A DNA stretch of 64,000 bases, from the NCBI GenBank assembly GCA_964600755.1, contig CAZRKQ010000039.1, forward strand, positions 421 to 64,420, given 5' to 3'. The notes under the pieces are model-generated. The model saw nothing but the letters and a program-made list of their open reading frames with translations, was not told the origin of the DNA and made no database searches. This stretch comes from an uncultured Thiotrichaceae bacterium. GTDB lineage: Bacteria; Pseudomonadota; Gammaproteobacteria; SZUA-229. This document shows, in pieces, positions 58,290-64,000 of the stretch (positions are counted from its first letter, which is position 1; each line of letters opens with the position of its first letter). The position numbers and the translations under genes are program-made.

Positions 58290-59273
58290 ATGATTTCTAG
58301 ACGCCAGCTTGGTAATAAGGGGCCAGAGGTTGGCTGTCTTGGCTATGGCGCGATGGTGCTGGAAGGTCTCTATGGGAGTGTTGATGAAGCACAGGCAATT
58401 GCAACGATACAGCACGCGCTTGATCTTGGCATGGATTTCATTGATACGGCGGATGCTTATGGTGCCGGGCACAATGAGTCGCTAATAGCCAGAGCAATTA
58501 AAGGTCGCCGGGATGATGCGTTTATCTGCACCAAGTTTGGCATTGTTTACGATGAAAACGAAACAGGTAGTGAACTGCAGACAGGCTGGGGTTTTTCATT
58601 AAAGATAAATGGCACACCTTCGTATGTCAAAAAATCACTGGAGCTCAGTCGCTCCAGGCTTGGTGTCGATATTATTGACCTGTGGTATGCACACTCCCCG
58701 GATCCCTCTATACCCATTGAAGAAACAGTCGGCGCCATGGCTGAATGTGTACAGGCAGGTGATGTTAGTTATCTCGGTTTATGCAATGTGTCAGCCGATG
58801 AGGTCAGGCGTGCCAATGCGGTTCACCCAATTGCCGCAGTACAATATGAGTATTCTTTATGGCGACGAGAAGTCGAAGCGACGCTACTGCCAACTTTGCG
58901 CGAACTGGGAATCGCCCTGGTCCCATGGTCACCGCTTGGTGGCGGGTTTTTGACAGGCGAGGTCAAGTCATTAGCTGAAGACGACTTTCGTCAAAACAAT
59001 CCTCGATATACTGGTGACAATCTTGATATCAACAGGGACAGGTTCGCGCCACTGATGCAACTAGCGAAAGATTTCAGGATAACGCCGGCTCAACTGGCAC
59101 TATCCTGGTTGTTGCATCAGGGTGAGGATATTATTCCTATTCCCGGTACTCGCAAGCCTGAACGGCTTGAAGAGAATGCGGCATCAGCAAACGTTCAACT
59201 GGATGCCGAGACGCTCGCACAAATTGACGAAATAGCACCAGCCGGACTGGCTGAAGGCGCCACATTGTTATAA
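58290..59273 (+). CDS. Aldo/keto reductase
   Basis: 327 aa; LDLGMDFIDTADAYGAG and downstream AKR catalytic tetrad positions. Confidence 0.8.
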   Translation: MISRRQLGNKGPEVGCLGYGAMVLEGLYGSVDEAQAIATIQHALDLGMDFIDTADAYGAGHNESLIARAIKGRRDDAFICTKFGIVYDENETGSELQTGWGFSLKINGTPSYVKKSLELSRSRLGVDIIDLWYAHSPDPSIPIEETVGAMAECVQAGDVSYLGLCNVSADEVRRANAVHPIAAVQYEYSLWRREVEATLLPTLRELGIALVPWSPLGGGFLTGEVKSLAEDDFRQNNPRYTGDNLDINRDRFAPLMQLAKDFRITPAQLALSWLLHQGEDIIPIPGTRKPERLEENAASANVQLDAETLAQIDEIAPAGLAEGATLL

Positions 59274-59288
59274 CAAAACCGATTCAAT

Positions 59289-59696
59289 ATGCAGGAAACA
59301 ATCACATTACAGACCCATCAGCGTGAAATACTGATTGATATTACGCCACTGGTCGAAGCGCTTGTGCAACAGAGTGGTGTTGCATATGGCCTGGTGAATG
59401 TCTACGCACAGGGTGCAACGGCCGCTATTATGATTCAGGAAAACTGGGACGAAAGCATACAAACCGATGTGGTGAATTTGCTGCGAAAAATGATACCCAA
59501 GGGTGTATGGCTGCATGATGCACAGGATGGAAATGGTGATTCACATCTGAAATCCGGTCTCGTAGGGCCTTCTGAAACCATACCCATTATAGAAGGCCGC
59601 CTGGGTTTGTCTACATGGCAGAATGTTTTCTTTTGCGAGTTTGATGGTCCAAGAAGTGACCGCCGTGTGTTATGTACAATCATTTCAGATGAATGA
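59289..59696 (+). CDS. yjbQ: YjbQ-family protein (UPF0047, secondary thiamine-phosphate synthase-like)
   Basis: 135 aa; DGNGDSHLKSGLVGPSETIPIIEGRLGLSTWQNVF matches YjbQ conserved core. Confidence 0.7.
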   Translation: MQETITLQTHQREILIDITPLVEALVQQSGVAYGLVNVYAQGATAAIMIQENWDESIQTDVVNLLRKMIPKGVWLHDAQDGNGDSHLKSGLVGPSETIPIIEGRLGLSTWQNVFFCEFDGPRSDRRVLCTIISDE

Positions 59697-60093
59697 TACC
59701 AGGCGTAAAGATACATCTATAAAGGAATTTGTTCGAGAGCACCTGGGCTGCGCCTGCCCTGATGAGGTGTTCGAGGATATCACTGTAACTGAGCAATCCG
59801 GTATATTTTCATCTGCAAATACCGTGTATGAAATAGGCGGGCGTTTATTCGTAGCCGTATTTGCTCCTGAAGACTGGCATGACATGGCCAGCCATCTTGG
59901 CAAGCTTGTTAATGCCGGAAAGCAGTATCGCGATCTTCATGGTTATAATCGCTTTCGCCTGGTAATAGCCACTAACGGTCATGATGCAACAAGAGACCTG
60001 CAGTTGGTGTTCGATAGCCTGCCAAACATAGACGAGAAAACACATCTGCATGTAATCACACCGGAGTTATTGCCCTGGCATGCAGACGCATGA
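59689..60093 (+). CDS. Hypothetical protein
   Basis: Internal start MNDTRRK of ORF 59623..60093, 8-bp overlap with yjbQ stop; 134 aa; no motif recognised. Confidence 0.35.
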   Translation: MNDTRRKDTSIKEFVREHLGCACPDEVFEDITVTEQSGIFSSANTVYEIGGRLFVAVFAPEDWHDMASHLGKLVNAGKQYRDLHGYNRFRLVIATNGHDATRDLQLVFDSLPNIDEKTHLHVITPELLPWHADA

Positions 60094-61588
60094 TCTATCG
60101 CGAAGATACAGGGCGGCGGGTGAGGCCGTAAAAGGCTGGGTGTTATACCAGGACTACGAACTGGTATCGTGGTTATTTCTACGCCTGCTGGGCATTATCT
60201 ACCTGATTGCTTTTGCGTCGCTGCTGGTACAGATCCAGGGGCTGGTCGGCGAGCAGGGTATATTGCCCGTGGCGGACCTGCTGGCGTACGCAGCCGCCGA
60301 GACTGGAAGTGAACGCTATTACAGACTACCAACCATCTTCTGGTTAGCTCACAGTAATATCGCGCTTGTTGGTGCAACTGTTTACGGTTGTATTGTCTCA
60401 CTTCAGATTCTTTTCAACTGGTGGCAACGACCTGCATTAATCATCGCGTTTATACTTTATCTTTCGTTATTCAATATCTGTCAGCCTTTTCTGCATTTTC
60501 AGTGGGACGGGTTATTGCTGGAAGCCGGCTTCCTGGCTATTTTTCTCGGGTCGCGCTCGGGTATTATTATATGGCTGTTTCGCTGGCTGCTATTCAAGCT
60601 ACGCTTCATGTCAGGACTGTCCAAGCTGACAAGCGGTGATCCGGCATGGTCGGGATTGACTGCGTTAAATACCTACTTTGAGGTCCAGCCATTGCCCAAC
60701 CCGTTGGCATGGTATGTTCATCAATTACCCGAGTTCGTACTGCGTTCAGCTACTGCGGCGACCCTGGTCATTGAAATTCTGGTGCCCTTTATGATGTTCA
60801 TGCCGCGGCGTTGGCGCTTTGCAGCAGCGTGGATCACGATCTTCTGGCAGGTACTTATTATTCTTACCAGTAATCATAACTGGATAAACTTGCTGACAAT
60901 CGCGCTGTGCCTGTTTTTATTTGATGACAGGGCGCTACGTCATGTTATGCCGGCAAGGCTGCAGCCATCGATTCTGATCGTGCAGGTACGTGACAAGTTG
61001 GTCATTCAATTGCGTACTGCATCTATTGCCATAATGGCTGCAATTATACTTGTTGTCAGTTTTGCGCAGCTCTGGATGCTGTCAACAGGACAGACTACAG
61101 GCGGCAGCGCGGGCAAAATGCTTGAACATATGGACGCGTACCGGGTGGTGAACATGTATCACGTGTTCCCGACGATGACAACAGAGAGAATCGAACTTGA
61201 ACTATCGGGCTCTATTGATGGCAAAGAGTGGAAGACGTACCGTTTCAGGTATAAACCCGGCTACCTTGATGAGCGGCCGCGGCTTGTTATGCCGCACCAG
61301 CCCAGGCTTGACTGGCAGATGTGGTTTGTAACTTTGCATGCCAAACACTTGCCCTGGTTTGAGGAGTTCTTATATGCCCTGCTGGATAATTCACCTGATG
61401 TAATAGCATTGCTGGATAACAACCCATTTCCTGACGAAGCCCCGCGATACATCAATGTAGATGCATATAAATATACCTTCACAACGCCTGAACAAAGGCT
61501 GCAGTCAGGAAACTGGTGGAACCGCGAAGCGCTGGGCCCGTTTTTACCAATGCCTGGCGTTATGCGTACTACGCAAGATGCGTATTAA
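60080..61588 (+). CDS. Lipase maturation factor (LMF)-family membrane protein
   Basis: 502 aa; N-terminal multi-TM region with HFQWDGLLLEAGFLAIFL motif characteristic of LMF1-like proteins. Confidence 0.55.
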   Translation: MQTHDLSRRYRAAGEAVKGWVLYQDYELVSWLFLRLLGIIYLIAFASLLVQIQGLVGEQGILPVADLLAYAAAETGSERYYRLPTIFWLAHSNIALVGATVYGCIVSLQILFNWWQRPALIIAFILYLSLFNICQPFLHFQWDGLLLEAGFLAIFLGSRSGIIIWLFRWLLFKLRFMSGLSKLTSGDPAWSGLTALNTYFEVQPLPNPLAWYVHQLPEFVLRSATAATLVIEILVPFMMFMPRRWRFAAAWITIFWQVLIILTSNHNWINLLTIALCLFLFDDRALRHVMPARLQPSILIVQVRDKLVIQLRTASIAIMAAIILVVSFAQLWMLSTGQTTGGSAGKMLEHMDAYRVVNMYHVFPTMTTERIELELSGSIDGKEWKTYRFRYKPGYLDERPRLVMPHQPRLDWQMWFVTLHAKHLPWFEEFLYALLDNSPDVIALLDNNPFPDEAPRYINVDAYKYTFTTPEQRLQSGNWWNREALGPFLPMPGVMRTTQDAY

Positions 61589-61610
61589 TAGGGATAATAT
61601 TTTAAGTTAA

Positions 61611-61795
61611 TTTACCGCAGAGACGCAGAGGCGCCGAGAAATAAATTTTGTTTTTTATGTAATAAAGCTTTACCCGTAAAGCACCAGATAAATATTACAT
61701 AACTAAGGTATATTAGTTTCCTTCCTTCTTCAGGATTGTAAATACCATTAGCCTTTAAAAATTATTCTATTATTTCTCTGCGTCTCTGCGGTGAA
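61611..61795. repeat. MITE-like repeat, copy 6
   Basis: tttACCGCAGAGACGCAGAGGCGCC ... TCTCTGCGTCTCTGCGGTgaa; subterminal gagaaataaattttgtttttt related to copies 1 and 2. Confidence 0.6.
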
Positions 61796-61913
61796 AAATA
61801 GTTGTGCAGGATGCGTATAAATAGAAACTGTATATGTAATAAATATATACGCAATTAGGCAGAGTCTGCAAAGGAGTATATATCCATGCCATGAAAAACA
61901 TTTATAAATTATA

Positions 61914-63998
61914 TTATTTGGTTTTTAATACGGGTTGACTCATCCAGGCGAGAGCATAGAGCAGGATTGCGCTCAGCATAACACCACTAAAGCCTATTTC
62001 GATGGCCAGCAAGATGGCCAGTATTGCGCTCAGTACCGATGCGCAGCCATTGATGCCCCAGGCCCATGGCATCAGTTGCGGGTCGTTATGGCGTGTTCCG
62101 GTCAGCCCAAGTGGAAACGGCATGCCCATAACAAAAGCCAGTGGTGCTGCAAGCAGAATTGCTGCAGCTATTCGCAAGGGTTCATTCATGGACATAATAA
62201 AATCAGTTAAAAGCGGGAGAGCGAAGATATAAACCAGTGTGATGATTGCAATCAAGGTAACTGACCGGCTTAACATTTTCTGAACAATCAGAAGTGGAGA
62301 AGAAGCTATTTTGTGTTGTACATAAAGGCTGCCAAGGCCGGAAAAAATAAGGAATGCACACAGTGTAGCCGCAACAGCATATAGAGGCTGACTCAGTATG
62401 AGGGTGAATTTCTGAATAAAGGCAAGTTCAATGAATAAAAATCCAAGTCCAAGGCTGACAAAGTAGATCACGATGTTCCTGCGTTCTGCTAACTTCGAAG
62501 ACTTGTCTCGCCTGACAAATGCCAGAGGTAGCAAGATGAGTACTACGGCTGCAATGATTGCCTGCAGCATGGTAAATAGCAAGGTAGGGTAGCCAACATC
62601 GATCATTGCAATACCGCCACGACCGGAAATGCTGAGCAGTTCCGGAAGGCTTGACCATTTAAATGTGTTATTAAAATAAGGATTATCGTCAGTTACTGAC
62701 TTGATGTTGTATTTGTAGTTATTAATAAAATCTTTCGAGGATGTTGACAGTAATGACGTTGCTGCCATGTAGTAGATGGGTTGCTGTAATAATTGAAAGC
62801 GATTGACCTCGTCTGCTTTAACGTCTGGCAGCCAGGCAAGGTCAAATGCGCGTGCCGTGCTGAAATCTCTAATACGTTTTATTTCGTCTTTGGCAAGGGC
62901 GCCGTTCTTGATGATGAGTGTTGCTGTATTCCAGCTTCTGATCCATGCAATGTTATTGCCTGGATCATCAAAGCCGGATCTTCCCAGGGCCTCAACAGCA
63001 GTCGCGAACAAGCGCAGGTTTCCACGTGCCGGGGTACTGGTCCAGAATGTAATTGATAGCAGGCCATCAGGCTCGAGCAGGCCCAAGTATTTCTCGAGTG
63101 CCTCGATTGTAAAATTGTATGACGTCGCCAGTGCATGTACACCTGCAGCGCCACCACTTGATCCGCCGGGAACACCAGTTACGATAATGTTATATTTTTC
63201 ATCGCTGGACGCGGCATAACCGCGCGGCGAGATGATATGAAAACTGATGCGTTCTTTAATATGTTCCCAGCCAAAGTACTCTGCGTAGTCCTCGGTAATC
63301 AGTTTTGTCAGCAGTGTGTCGGATTCCACCGCATCAATCTGAGCGGCGTTATGCAACGTCGCTTGAAGCAGTTCGTTACCGGTCGATGAGCCGAGCACCA
63401 GGACTTTTTGCGGTGAGTCGTGAATATGATAGGGCAAAACCGAACTCATATAGTCCTGGTAAACAAGAGAATCCGTATTGTTGCGTTGATCAATCGTGGT
63501 CATTTCATCACCGTCGCGGAATACGGCGAGTTGATCAGGTGTTCCCGACGGGCTCAGCAGACTCATGCCTGGAGCGTTGCGCAAAGGTATATCTTTGCTT
63601 TCGACAACATCTACCTGTGAAATTGAATTTGAATGGCGCTGGAGATGCTCAGTGCCATTTATCAGCAAAACCTGTTCAAGCCCCTTGTATTCTGACAGGC
63701 GTAATTCAAACCAGTCGGCAGGTGCAAATATTATGATTACAGTCAAAAGCACCAGCAATGAACTGACAAGCATGCGACCAAGGCAGGCTAATTTATGAAT
63801 TGCAAGCAGGCCTGCAACAATACCAAGGACACCGAGAATTCGCAGCACCGCATCCGGTGGCAGGAACTGCAACAGCAGTAGAATCGCAATGGCGCCAATA
63901 CCGGCACCAATCAGGTCGACACCATAAACCAGGGCAATGCGGTCACTATAACGTGCCATAGTCAGTGCAATCGCATTTGCAACAAAGAAAAACGGCAA
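61914..63998 (-). CDS. Spermidine-synthase-like (PABS-fold) membrane protein, probably N-terminally truncated by window end
   Basis: 694+ aa; central class I MTase-like PABS region (VLVLGSSTGNEL...IIVTGVPGG) flanked by multiple TM helices; ORF reaches within 2 nt of the window edge. Confidence 0.5.
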   Translation of the reverse strand: MPFFFVANAIALTMARYSDRIALVYGVDLIGAGIGAIAILLLLQFLPPDAVLRILGVLGIVAGLLAIHKLACLGRMLVSSLLVLLTVIIIFAPADWFELRLSEYKGLEQVLLINGTEHLQRHSNSISQVDVVESKDIPLRNAPGMSLLSPSGTPDQLAVFRDGDEMTTIDQRNNTDSLVYQDYMSSVLPYHIHDSPQKVLVLGSSTGNELLQATLHNAAQIDAVESDTLLTKLITEDYAEYFGWEHIKERISFHIISPRGYAASSDEKYNIIVTGVPGGSSGGAAGVHALATSYNFTIEALEKYLGLLEPDGLLSITFWTSTPARGNLRLFATAVEALGRSGFDDPGNNIAWIRSWNTATLIIKNGALAKDEIKRIRDFSTARAFDLAWLPDVKADEVNRFQLLQQPIYYMAATSLLSTSSKDFINNYKYNIKSVTDDNPYFNNTFKWSSLPELLSISGRGGIAMIDVGYPTLLFTMLQAIIAAVVLILLPLAFVRRDKSSKLAERRNIVIYFVSLGLGFLFIELAFIQKFTLILSQPLYAVAATLCAFLIFSGLGSLYVQHKIASSPLLIVQKMLSRSVTLIAIITLVYIFALPLLTDFIMSMNEPLRIAAAILLAAPLAFVMGMPFPLGLTGTRHNDPQLMPWAWGINGCASVLSAILAILLAIEIGFSGVMLSAILLYALAWMSQPVLKTK

Positions 63999-64000
63999 GG

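Noticed and set aside
6271-61795. The GCAGAGGC-type repeats as a CRISPR array
   Set aside because: The copies are dispersed singly over 55 kb, are long palindromic units rather than short direct repeats with regular spacers, and no cas genes are present.

Overview
This is a ~50% GC bacterial chromosomal window, most likely from a proteobacterium (gamma-like), and no rRNA, tRNA or CRISPR array was recognised. The contents by region: (1) 1-4240 (minus strand) holds a hoxFUYH NAD-linked bidirectional [NiFe] hydrogenase operon; hoxH is partial at the window edge and an FNR/CRP-type box (TTGAT-N4-ATCAA) lies upstream of hoxF. (2) 4549-6183 (minus) is pgm. (3) 6430-17888 (minus) is a tightly coupled 13-gene operon with the gene order of the archaeal Mbx/Mbs respiratory complexes: Mrp antiporter modules E, F, DUF4040, G, B, C and a fused double MrpD/NuoN, followed by NuoH-, NuoB-, NuoC- and NuoD-like subunits. 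Its NuoD-like subunit has no Ni-binding cysteines, its NuoB-like subunit has only 3 cluster cysteines, and the last subunit is an unusual fusion of a NuoI-like 2x[4Fe-4S] ferredoxin to a GltD/SudA-like NAD(P)H flavoprotein, with a rubrerythrin gene next to it. I rate this the best candidate for an undescribed NAD(P)H-linked Mbx-like energy-converting complex. (4) gnd, a CBS-pair protein and an ArsB/NhaD-type permease gene pair, and a Clp1-like polynucleotide-kinase::metallo-beta-lactamase fusion follow. (5) 24.1-32.1 kb is an AT-rich accessory segment that reads as an integron-type gene-cassette array without a detectable integrase (CALIN-like). It contains a brnTA toxin-antitoxin cassette and a GST cassette bounded by two ~63 bp attC sites that closely resemble the aadA1 59-base element (CCTAACAA..TCAA..GACGC..palindrome..GTTAG), further weaker attC-like sites, and several small orphan ORFs. 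(6) A 1311-aa AsmA-family protein carries a recent 678-bp internal tandem duplication. (7) An NspS/MbaA-like polyamine to c-di-GMP signalling pair, deaD, a TfoX_N protein, a secreted papain-like peptidase, a GGDEF cyclase, gdh, a P2-type ATPase and assorted enzymes make up the rest. Six copies of an undescribed MITE-like repeat family (130-250 bp, terminal inverted repeats TTnACCGCAGAGGCGCAGAGG...CCTCTGCGCCTCTGCGGTnAA, variable cores) are scattered in intergenic sites, and a separate ~240-bp palindromic element lies at 46.4 kb.
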